From positions 1 through 43,184 of the IMG/VR virus record IMGVR_UViG_3300037420_000654: DNA of 43,184 nt; one strand, written 5' to 3'. Both the position numbers and the translations under genes were made by a program. Shown here in pieces: positions 36,257 to 43,184 of the stretch. Origin of the DNA: a virus. Its lineage: Duplodnaviria > Caudoviricetes. The notes beneath the pieces were generated by a model. The model had not been told where the DNA came from. It searched no databases and worked only from the letters and a program-made list of their open reading frames with translations. Positions within the stretch are counted from its first letter, which is position 1, and every line of letters starts with the position of its first letter.

Positions 36257-36771
36257 GCGCAGAAACCGCCATCGAGGTACAGGCCGACTACCAGATCAAG
36301 GGGCCGGACCTCCGCAGCTACTACGCTGGGTTTACCCGCCGCGCGTTGCCCGAAGGGGCGATCTGGCGGCTATCCCTCGCATCTTCCTGCCTGCCCACCG
36401 GACACCCCGGCTACATGGCGTGGATGACGACCGTATCCGGCACGGAGCGGTTCGTGCCTGAGCTGCAACGCTGGGCCATCGGGCTGGGGGCGACCATTGC
36501 GCGCATGAAGCCCAAGCTGCGTCAGCGAGGCCGGCAGTACGTCGCGAGCTACGACCATGCGTGGGGGCGGCAGGCGAGCCTGGATGGCCTCGTGCTGGCT
36601 CTGTTTGGGGCGGAGAACGTCGAGGCGATTGCAGCCCGAGCGGACACCTTCGGCTGCGACCGGGACGCCTACAGGCGCATACGGGACTTCGTGGCGGGAG
36701 CGATCCTGCTGGCGTCGTGGCAGTACGAAGACAGCCTGCGGTGGGCGCACCGCGTAGCGAGGGACGCATGA
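36253..36771 (+). CDS. Hypothetical protein, possibly late transcription regulator (Q position)
   Basis: Near end of delayed-early operon; C-terminal HTH-like ARADTFGCDRDAYRRI. Function is positional inference only. Confidence 0.45.
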   Translation: MSAETAIEVQADYQIKGPDLRSYYAGFTRRALPEGAIWRLSLASSCLPTGHPGYMAWMTTVSGTERFVPELQRWAIGLGATIARMKPKLRQRGRQYVASYDHAWGRQASLDGLVLALFGAENVEAIAARADTFGCDRDAYRRIRDFVAGAILLASWQYEDSLRWAHRVARDA

Positions 36772-37193
36772 GCAAGTTCGATGTGCTGGTGGGACACAAG
36801 ATCCGCAAGGTGTTCGTGGCTGAAGGCGAGGAAAGCATGGCCTTCGTCACTGATGCGGGCACGTTCGCCTTTGAGACAGAGGGCGACTGCTGCTCCGAAA
36901 CTTGGTTTGCAGACCTCATCGGCTTTAAGGCATTGATTGCCACCTCGCCCCCGAATTACTGGGGCGGACAGGTGTTCAGTGCCGAGGATTTCGAGCTTCC
37001 TTCAGAGGAAGGCGGTCGGTCGCGCCAGGAGTACGACGACGTGATGGGCGTCCGACTGAAAACCCATGCTGGCGTATGCGAGATCCTATATCGCAACAGC
37101 TCGAACGGGTACTACGGCGGCAGCATTTCACGGGTGTTTGTACCGGAGTCTCTGGAAGGCTGGAAAGAGATTACGGGGGACTGGAGCGCGTAG
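36768..37193 (+). CDS. Conserved-looking hypothetical protein
   Basis: GDCCSETW ... SNGYYGG; ATGA overlap. Confidence 0.65.
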   Translation: MSKFDVLVGHKIRKVFVAEGEESMAFVTDAGTFAFETEGDCCSETWFADLIGFKALIATSPPNYWGGQVFSAEDFELPSEEGGRSRQEYDDVMGVRLKTHAGVCEILYRNSSNGYYGGSISRVFVPESLEGWKEITGDWSA

Positions 37194-37307
37194 TCGCCTT
37201 ACGGGCGCAGCCCTCAAAAAGCCGCTGTATGGTGATTATGAGGGCGATCCATTTGCCCGCCCGGATGCTCCGGCTAGGGACGCCGGGTTCTTTCAAACGG
37301 AGCCGTC

Positions 37308-37781
37308 ATGACGACCATCGCGTATTCCGGTGGTTGCATGGCCGCCGATACGCAGGTGTCCGCAGGCGGGCGCAAGTTCCGCACGCACAAGGTCAAGCGC
37401 CTGAAGTGCGGCGGGCTGATCGGCTCCAGCGGCAAGCTGGCCGACATCCTGAAGATCCAGCGGTGGGCCGAGGCGGGCTTCCCGGAAGCGGACAAGCCGG
37501 ACTTTGGCGACGAGGGCGAGTTCGAGTGCCTGATCGTCACGGGAGCGGGCGACGTGTACCTCTTGGACGAGGACATGGAGCTGATGCCCTTCATGGATGC
37601 CTTCATCGCGGTGGGGTCCGGCGGGCCGTACGCGATGGCGGCGATGGAGTGCGGCAGGAATCCGGCCGAGGCGGTGGCGGTGGCGGCGAAGTTCGACGCC
37701 AACACGTCCGAGCCGGTCGAGGTGTTTCGCGTGGAACCGAAGGAGGCTCCGCGTGGACGACGACGCGCTCGCCGAGGCTGA
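37308..37781 (+). CDS. Ntn-hydrolase, HslV/proteasome-beta-like
   Basis: M-TTIAY..AADTQ N-terminal Thr, K, G.SG, AVGSGGPYA, D.NTS; GGAG RBS. Confidence 0.75.
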   Translation: MTTIAYSGGCMAADTQVSAGGRKFRTHKVKRLKCGGLIGSSGKLADILKIQRWAEAGFPEADKPDFGDEGEFECLIVTGAGDVYLLDEDMELMPFMDAFIAVGSGGPYAMAAMECGRNPAEAVAVAAKFDANTSEPVEVFRVEPKEAPRGRRRARRG

Positions 37782-37956
37782 TGCCGCCGCGATGGACCTG
37801 CTGCGCCTGTACGAATAGTTGGGCGTGCCCGCGATTCTGGTGACGTACCCCGGTGAAGCCATTTTCGTGCGCTGCCAGAACGCAGGCGACGTGGTGCCGC
37901 TGTGCAAACGGGTGATCGAGGAACATGCAGCGCCGGCCGACCGGACGCTGAATTAG
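37753..37956 (+). pseudogene. Small gene interrupted by in-frame TAG at 37816-37818
   Basis: AAGGAGG RBS; VDDDALAEADAAAMDLLRLYE*LGVPAILVTYPGEAIFVRC...DRTLN*. Confidence 0.55.
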
Positions 37957-38114
37957 TTTTGCAGAGGACGGTTGCGCGAGCGCCGTTGCGGGAACGAGAA
38001 GTGGCGGAGTGACCAAAACCCGTATGCCGGCATAGCGCCCGTTCAGTACGGTACTTGAGGGCAGCCACCCTCTGCGATTTATCAGGCGCTTGCGCCAACA
38101 GGGGAAGCGCGAGT

Positions 38115-38309
38115 GTGAGCAACGATCTGGCTGCCGACATCGGGGCGGCGACGCTGAAGGCTGCGCCGCCTGCGGGCATCACGGCCGGCATGGTGCTGGG
38201 GGCGATCGACCCGCAGTGGCTGGTGGCGATCCCGACGTGCATCTACGTCATCGCCCAGCTCGGCTACCTGATCTGGAAGTGGCGGCGTGAAGCTGCAAAG
38301 CGCGGGTAA
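38115..38309 (+). CDS. Holin
   Basis: 64 aa, hydrophobic segments, basic C-terminus WKWRREAAKRG; overlaps endolysin. Confidence 0.75.
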   Translation: MSNDLAADIGAATLKAAPPAGITAGMVLGAIDPQWLVAIPTCIYVIAQLGYLIWKWRREAAKRG

Positions 38310-38775
38310 ACGCGCCATCGCAGGCGGCCTGAGTGCCGTTCTGCTACTGGCGGCTCCGCTGGTCGCGAAGTGGGAGGGACTGCGGTACTACGCCTACCCC
38401 GACCCGGCGACGGGTGGCGCGCCGTGGACGGTCTGCTACGGCCACACAGGTCCGGGCGTGGTGCGTGGCAAGGGCTACACGCTGGCCGAGTGCCGGGCGC
38501 TCCTACAGGCCGATCTGCGCGAGGCCGATGCCATCGTGCGGCGCTGCATTGCGCGCCCCATGCCGACCCGCGTGGAGGCGGCCTTGGTGTCGCTGACGTT
38601 CAACGTCGGCCCGCAGCCGGTGTGCAGTGGCGTGTTGGGCCGGCACGCACGGGCAGGCGATTGGGCGCGAACGTGCGCGTCGCTGGACGTGTACCGGATG
38701 GCCGCTGGCCGCGTGATGCGTGGCTTGGTGTTGCGTCGCGCTGACGAACGAGCGGTTTGCGAGGGTCGGGCTTGA
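38287..38775 (+). CDS. SAR endolysin, GH24 lysozyme
   Basis: Ala/Gly-rich N-terminal anchor then WEG..Y.D..WTVCYGHT, FNVG, GLVLRR..E..C. Confidence 0.92.
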   Translation: MKLQSAGKRAIAGGLSAVLLLAAPLVAKWEGLRYYAYPDPATGGAPWTVCYGHTGPGVVRGKGYTLAECRALLQADLREADAIVRRCIARPMPTRVEAALVSLTFNVGPQPVCSGVLGRHARAGDWARTCASLDVYRMAAGRVMRGLVLRRADERAVCEGRA

Positions 38776-39509
38776 CTTTCCAACTGCATCACGGCGACTG
38801 CCTAGAAGTGATGGCAGGGCTGCCGGATGCGTCGGTGGACATGATCTTGTGCGATCTGCCGTATGGCACGACGCAATGCAAGTGGGACACGGTGATTCCG
38901 TTTGAGCCGTTGTGGGCGCAGTACCGCAGGGTGGCGAAGCGGAACGCAGCCATTGTGCTGACGGCCAGCCAGCCGTTTACCACGGCGCTGATCGCCAGCA
39001 ACATGCGTGAGTTTCGGCATTCGTGGGTGTGGGACAAGGCGACGATTAGCAATCCCATGCAGGCCAAGCGCCAGCCGCTGCGGCAGCACGAAGATGTGGT
39101 GGTGTTTGGGGCTGCCAGTCCGGCCTATTACCCGCAAAAGACCGACCTGCACCTTGTGCGCACTTGGCGACAGGCGGCGCAGAACGAGGACGCAGCGATT
39201 CCCGGCAGGGTTGGCGCTACGGGCGAAGTCGTTGGGAAGTACCCAAAGACGATCATCCGGTTCAATGCTGCCAAGTTTGAGGGTCGGACGATTCATCCCA
39301 CCCAAAAGCCCGTCGCCCTGATGGAGTACCTGATCCGCACCTACACACATGAGGGTGATGTGGTACTGGACAACTGCATGGGGTCGGGAACGACGGGCGT
39401 AGCCTGCGCCAACACCGGCCGGCGCTTCATCGGCATTGAGCGGGACGATAAATACTTCGCCATCGCATCCGAGCGAATCGCGGCGGCGCACGCGAGGCTT
39501 GCCGCATGA
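38772..39509 (+). CDS. N6-adenine/N4-cytosine DNA methyltransferase (beta class)
   Basis: GDCLE, DLPYG, HPTQKPVAL, VLDNCMGSGTTG, FIGIE. Confidence 0.93.
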   Translation: MTFQLHHGDCLEVMAGLPDASVDMILCDLPYGTTQCKWDTVIPFEPLWAQYRRVAKRNAAIVLTASQPFTTALIASNMREFRHSWVWDKATISNPMQAKRQPLRQHEDVVVFGAASPAYYPQKTDLHLVRTWRQAAQNEDAAIPGRVGATGEVVGKYPKTIIRFNAAKFEGRTIHPTQKPVALMEYLIRTYTHEGDVVLDNCMGSGTTGVACANTGRRFIGIERDDKYFAIASERIAAAHARLAA

Positions 39510-39631
39510 AACGCATCGCCTTCTGGCTGTCGTGGATGTGCGCGGTGCTGGCCTTCCGGCTGGCGCATTACGCGAAAGACGGCGTGGGCGAGGCGGACGA
39601 GTACAAGGTGGGCGGGACGACGGATGAGTGA
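39506..39631 (+). CDS. Small hypothetical protein
   Basis: GAGG RBS; ATGA overlap; hydrophobic N-terminus. Confidence 0.5.
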   Translation: MKRIAFWLSWMCAVLAFRLAHYAKDGVGEADEYKVGGTTDE

Positions 39632-39872
39632 CAGCCTCCGCAAGACGCCTATCTGTGGCTGGACGACCGCCGCAAGCGAGGCGTGGGACAAGTCTCGTTG
39701 GCATCGCGCATTTCGTCGTGCCCAGCGCATTGCGCTCGCTTCTGGTGATGAGGATTCGCTCGATGAGCGCGAGTTCTCCGATCCTTGGCGCATGCACAAG
39801 GATGGCAAGCAGTATTTCGGCGGCCGAGATTGGGCCGGTGAAGACTGGGCCGTGAGGCTGATGCGCAAATGA
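39624..39872 (+). CDS. Hypothetical protein
   Basis: Overlap chain; basic, Trp-rich. Confidence 0.6.
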   Translation: MSDSLRKTPICGWTTAASEAWDKSRWHRAFRRAQRIALASGDEDSLDEREFSDPWRMHKDGKQYFGGRDWAGEDWAVRLMRK

Positions 39873-39997
39873 CCCCTAACAAGCGCGCCACGCTGCTGAC
39901 CGCCTTTGTCGCCGTACTCGGCGCGGGCTTGGTCGTGTGGCACCTGCTGACAGGTGGCGAGTGGGCGCAGTTGCTGGCGGCGATCTGGCCGCGCTAA
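39869..39997 (+). CDS. Small membrane protein (42 aa)
   Basis: MTPNKRATLLTAFVAVLGAGLVVWHLLTGGEWAQLLAAIWPR*; overlaps both sides. Confidence 0.6.
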   Translation: MTPNKRATLLTAFVAVLGAGLVVWHLLTGGEWAQLLAAIWPR

Positions 39998-40197
39998 TGG
40001 AATATTTGCTGGTAGCGCCCGATTGGACGGGGCGCATGTCAGCCGAGCAGGCCGCTGAGCGGGAGAGTCGCATCTTCCATTGCGACATGTGCTCGGACGC
40101 ACGCACGATGGTCTATCACAACATCGTGGGCCTTCATCGCCATGTGGATAAGCGGCGGATTGAGGCCGGATTGATTCAAGAGTCTGCCCTGAGTTAG
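39997..40197 (+). CDS. Hypothetical protein (CxxC)
   Basis: TAATG overlap; HCDMC. Confidence 0.5.
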   Translation: MEYLLVAPDWTGRMSAEQAAERESRIFHCDMCSDARTMVYHNIVGLHRHVDKRRIEAGLIQESALS

Positions 40198-40310
40198 CCG
40201 CAGGGCTTTGCAGCTCACTGGAAACATCCGGTGGGATCTGCTCGCGCTTGGCCGCGCAGCCAGTCATACGTGCGCACGTAGAGGCTGGCGTCTTTCCCGA
40301 GGGCACGACA

Positions 40311-40841
40311 ATGAAGCTGGCCGCACTCCTGGCGCTGGTGTTGACGGGGTGTGGCTGTACGTCGCTTCCGTTCGGTGAGACCCACGACACCACGCACCGG
40401 CTGGAAATGGTGGGCGGAATCTGCTCTGGGACGGCGATCTCGGACCACGAGCTCCGCACGGCGAACCACTGTATCGACTTGGGTGGCGCGCTCCAGTTGG
40501 TGGACGGATGGGACGCGCATGTCGTGTCGATGTCGGCCAACAAGGCGCGCGACATCATCGACATCACGCTGGCGGGGCATCCGTTCAAGCATTGGGCGCA
40601 GCTCGGCCCGCGCCCCAAGCAGGGCGACCGCATTCGCTGGTGGGGCAATCCCGAGGGCGAAGCGGACGTGTACCGCGAGGGCTACGTGGCGAAGGTGACG
40701 GACGAGATGATCGTCGTGGACGCCACGATCTGCCACGGGGATAGCGGGAGCGGTCTGTTCAACGAGTCGGGCCAACTGGTCGGGGTAGTGAGCGCCATGA
40801 GCGACCTCAGCGGCTGCACCTTCATGCTGGCGCACTCATGA
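40311..40841 (+). CDS. Trypsin-like serine protease with lipoprotein signal
   Basis: MKLAALLALVLTGC lipobox; CSGT, TANHC (His), DI (Asp), GDSGSG (Ser), GQLVGV. Confidence 0.85.
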   Translation: MKLAALLALVLTGCGCTSLPFGETHDTTHRLEMVGGICSGTAISDHELRTANHCIDLGGALQLVDGWDAHVVSMSANKARDIIDITLAGHPFKHWAQLGPRPKQGDRIRWWGNPEGEADVYREGYVAKVTDEMIVVDATICHGDSGSGLFNESGQLVGVVSAMSDLSGCTFMLAHS

Positions 40842-41296
40842 ATCCCTACGAGCCTCTGATCAAGGTGCTGGCGCTCGCCAGCATCCTGCTGGGCGCGTGG
40901 ATGTTGGGCGATCATCACGGCCACGCGGTTGTTCAGGCCAGGTTCGACAAGCACCTGTTGGCCGACAAGGCGCAGCAACTTGCCGCCGAGAAGAGCGCCC
41001 GCGAGCAGGAACATGCGCAGGCGGTCGAAGTGGCCCGCCTGATGGACGAGAACGCGAAGCAGAGGGCGGCCAATGAAGCGACTCAGAAACGCATTGTGGA
41101 TGAGCTGCTCACTGCTCGCCGCCAGTTGCGCGCACGTTGGACCTGCGGTGTGCCCGCGACTCCCGGACGTGCCCAAGAGCCTGATGGTGCCACCCGCGAC
41201 CGGGCAGAGAGTGCGGGACGAATTGTTCGAGCCGCCGACGACGCCGACACCCAAATCCGCGCCCTCCAAGACTTCATAAGGGCGGAACGGAAGTGA
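40838..41296 (+). CDS. Rz-like inner-membrane spanin
   Basis: N-terminal TM, coiled coil, ADTQIRALQDFI end; embedded lipoprotein gene. Confidence 0.85.
   Translation: MNPYEPLIKVLALASILLGAWMLGDHHGHAVVQARFDKHLLADKAQQLAAEKSAREQEHAQAVEVARLMDENAKQRAANEATQKRIVDELLTARRQLRARWTCGVPATPGRAQEPDGATRDRAESAGRIVRAADDADTQIRALQDFIRAERK
41073..41279 (+). CDS. Rz1-like outer-membrane spanin (embedded)
   Basis: LLAASC lipobox, Pro-rich mature part, +1 frame inside Rz. Confidence 0.85.
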   Translation: MKRLRNALWMSCSLLAASCAHVGPAVCPRLPDVPKSLMVPPATGQRVRDELFEPPTTPTPKSAPSKTS

Positions 41297-41487
41297 ACAA
41301 AGAGATCGACTGGCACGGCCCGAACTACGCCTACACCACCGAGTTGCTGATTCGCAGCAATGAGCGGGGCGGCGAAGGGCGCATCTATCGCGCCGATGGC
41401 CGGCAAGTATTTCCGCGCTGCGAAGGCGCGTGGTTCGTCAACTTCGTTTGCCCTGTGGGCTGGGACGAGCGCGACGCGCTGGTGTAG
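41293..41487 (+). CDS. Hypothetical protein
   Basis: GTGA overlap with Rz. Confidence 0.55.
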   Translation: MNKEIDWHGPNYAYTTELLIRSNERGGEGRIYRADGRQVFPRCEGAWFVNFVCPVGWDERDALV

Positions 41488-41497
41488 GAGTTAAGCA

Positions 41498-42526
41498 GTG
41501 ACCGACTACAGCCGGAAGATCGGCGGCACGACCGTGGACCTCTCGCCCAACGTGGCGAGCATCCAGAAGGCCATCGACAGCCTGCCCAGCGATGGCGGCA
41601 CGGTGGTGGTAGCTCCCGGGACATATCCGGTGGACGCGGTGAACGCCTCGATCCGGCTGCGCACTGGGCTGAAGCTCGTGCTGACCGGCGTCACGTTCAC
41701 GGTCATCCCGAACAGCTCGATCCGCTATGCCGTGCTGGACAGCAATGGTGCATGGGATTGGGAGATCCACGACGGCGAGATCGTCGGGGATCGGTACGAG
41801 CACAGCTACGTGACCGCTGGCCTCACCACGAAGCAGGCGACCCACGAGTGGGGCCACGGCCTGCGGGTGAACAACGGCGGTCGTGGGACAGTGACGGGCC
41901 TCAAGGTATCCAACTGCACCGGGGACGGCATCTGCATCTCGGCCGATGACGTGGTGATCGACGGCTGCATGTCCACGAACAACCGCCGCCAAGGCTGCTC
42001 CATCGTGGATGGCGTGGGCGTCAAGTTGCTCAATTCTGAGTTCAGCTTCACGAACGGCACGAGCCCCGAGTGTGGGGTGGATATCGAGCCGGAGCCGAAT
42101 CAGGTCTGCAAGAACATACTGATCGACAACTGCCGATTCCCCGGCAACGCCAAGTACGGCGTGAGCATCCTGCAACGCACGGATGGCGGGATTGTGGACG
42201 GGGTCACGGTGCAGAACAGCCAGATCGGCGGCACGGACCTGGCGAGCATCAACAAGAGCAACGGCGCAGTGGTGTCGGGCGCGAGCAACGTGACCTTCGC
42301 CAACAACCGGGTCGCATGGAACTCGGCCACGGGCATTCGCCTGCTGTCGGGCAAAGGCCTGCACGTCACCGGTAACACCTTCGGCCCGAACTACACCCGC
42401 AACGGCATCCGGGACCGCAATCCGGACGTGACGCGGACGGGCTACAGCTCCACATATCAGGCCGATCTGCTGGTCACGACCACCTCGGTCACGGGGCTGG
42501 ACGTGGGTACGAATACGTACAAATGA
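41498..42526 (+). CDS. Stand-alone right-handed beta-helix protein, paralogue of hub C-terminal domain
   Basis: AGGAG RBS; IQKAIDSL..DGGTVVV..GTY; shares EWGH, NNRRQG.SIV, TNGTSPECG.DIEPE, NAKYG, NSATG, NYTRNGI with 10874..12949. Confidence 0.9.
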   Translation: MTDYSRKIGGTTVDLSPNVASIQKAIDSLPSDGGTVVVAPGTYPVDAVNASIRLRTGLKLVLTGVTFTVIPNSSIRYAVLDSNGAWDWEIHDGEIVGDRYEHSYVTAGLTTKQATHEWGHGLRVNNGGRGTVTGLKVSNCTGDGICISADDVVIDGCMSTNNRRQGCSIVDGVGVKLLNSEFSFTNGTSPECGVDIEPEPNQVCKNILIDNCRFPGNAKYGVSILQRTDGGIVDGVTVQNSQIGGTDLASINKSNGAVVSGASNVTFANNRVAWNSATGIRLLSGKGLHVTGNTFGPNYTRNGIRDRNPDVTRTGYSSTYQADLLVTTTSVTGLDVGTNTYK

Positions 42527-42687
42527 AGATTCTTTGGTGGCGACTGCTGGCAAGCCTCGGTGCTTGGTTGGGCCTAATGCCGCCGCTCGGAATGCTCATG
42601 CTGTGGGCTCACGGGCACAAGGTTCGTCCCGTGGTGCGGTGGACCGGAGACAAGTGGCGCCTGGCCGGGGCCAAGGTCAGCAAGTGA
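42523..42687 (+). CDS. Small hydrophobic protein (54 aa)
   Basis: ATGA overlap; MKILWWRLLASLGAWLGLMPPLGMLMLW... Confidence 0.5.
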   Translation: MKILWWRLLASLGAWLGLMPPLGMLMLWAHGHKVRPVVRWTGDKWRLAGAKVSK

Positions 42688-42878
42688 GCAAGGGCAGCAA
42701 CCGACGCCGAGAGGATCGCCAGGCGGTCGAGGCGAACTGGGACAGGATCTTTGGGCCAGCACGCACACCTCTACCGCACAGCCCGATGGCTGAAGATGCG
42801 GAAGGCGCAGTTGGCGAAGGAGCCGCTGTGCCGGTACTGCCAGATGCTGGGCAGGATCACCCCAGCAACGGTGTGTGA
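42684..42878 (+). CDS. Small phage protein with KGS..R / NWDRIF motif
   Basis: GTGA overlap; MSKGSNRRREDRQAVEANWDRIFG; 3' part overlaps HNH gene. Confidence 0.45.
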   Translation: MSKGSNRRREDRQAVEANWDRIFGPARTPLPHSPMAEDAEGAVGEGAAVPVLPDAGQDHPSNGV

Positions 42879-43038
42879 CCACATCACCCCACACCGAGGG
42901 GATCTCGCCCTGTTCTACGCAGGCCCATTCCAGAGCCTGTGTGCCACATGCCATAGCGCAGTGAAGCAGGCCGAGGAGCAGTCAGGCCATGCGAGAGGCT
43001 GCGATGTGCATGGCAACCCGATCGGACGGGAGTGGTAG
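42751..43038 (+). CDS. HNH endonuclease, terminase-associated (HK97 gp74-like)
   Basis: EPLCRYC, ATVCDHITPHRGD, QSLCATCH..KQ; immediately before cos/terS. Confidence 0.92.
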   Translation: MGQHAHLYRTARWLKMRKAQLAKEPLCRYCQMLGRITPATVCDHITPHRGDLALFYAGPFQSLCATCHSAVKQAEEQSGHARGCDVHGNPIGREW

Positions 43039-43134
43039 GGGGCATCGAAAGTCTAGGGCTGCCGGCCTTATGACCACCCGTACCCCCTCGCTTCGCTAAA
43101 TCCGTACATTTTTCCGTTCAGCTAGGCGCAAACA
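43039..43134. other. Probable cos packaging region
   Basis: Intergenic between HNH and terS, with G5 and C5 runs, where HK97-like phages place cos; cut site not determinable. Confidence 0.55.
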
Positions 43135-43184
43135 GTGAAACAAGCAGGCCGCAAATCCGCCGCAGAGCTTGCGACGGTCACGGC
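43135..43184 (+). CDS. Probable terminase small subunit, 5' fragment
   Basis: GTG AAA CAA GCA GGC CGC AAA TCC = MKQAGRKSAAELATVT, runs off window; position after HNH/cos. Confidence 0.6.
   Translation, partial: MKQAGRKSAAELATVT

Noticed and set aside
37961-38076. tRNA gene
   Set aside because: No convincing D/T-loop consensus or cloverleaf; kept only as a candidate structured RNA.
42751-43038. HNH as a mobile homing endonuclease
   Set aside because: Size, motifs and position before cos/terS fit the packaging-associated HNH.
1-43184. CRISPR array, rRNA, IS element or intron
   Set aside because: No spaced direct-repeat array, rRNA-like sequence, transposase or interrupted core gene seen by eye.

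Overview
Nearly complete (~43 kb, high-GC) temperate siphovirus with lambdoid gene order. The window opens in the last 67 codons of terminase large subunit and closes in the probable first codons of the small subunit, so only the terminase region is missing. Order: HK97-type head (portal, ClpP-type protease, capsid); neck and tail genes with a GGGAAAC -1 frameshift chaperone; tape measure; GTA-like tail tip (DUF2460, DUF2163 hub, NlpC/P60, megatron); two fibre genes. Leftward come an OafA-like O-acetyltransferase coupled to a tyrosine integrase, an intact attP carrying a replacement 5' end of dusA, a PrtN-like excisionase and an early-left operon (2OG-Fe(II) oxygenase-like, SSB, YqaJ exonuclease, ERF). 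Then a cI/cro/cII switch with readable promoters and operators, replication (initiator plus DnaB), a nin-like region, and a late/lysis region (HslV-like Ntn hydrolase, holin, SAR endolysin, DNA methyltransferase, trypsin-like lipoprotein, Rz/Rz1, free beta-helix protein, HNH, cos). The most unusual feature is a baseplate hub fused to a ~340 aa beta-helix domain whose clear paralogue is a stand-alone gene ~30 kb away behind the spanins, in a phage that also encodes a surface-glycan acetylase. A Xanthomonadales-like host is an inference. All family calls come from motif recognition by eye; no searches were run.
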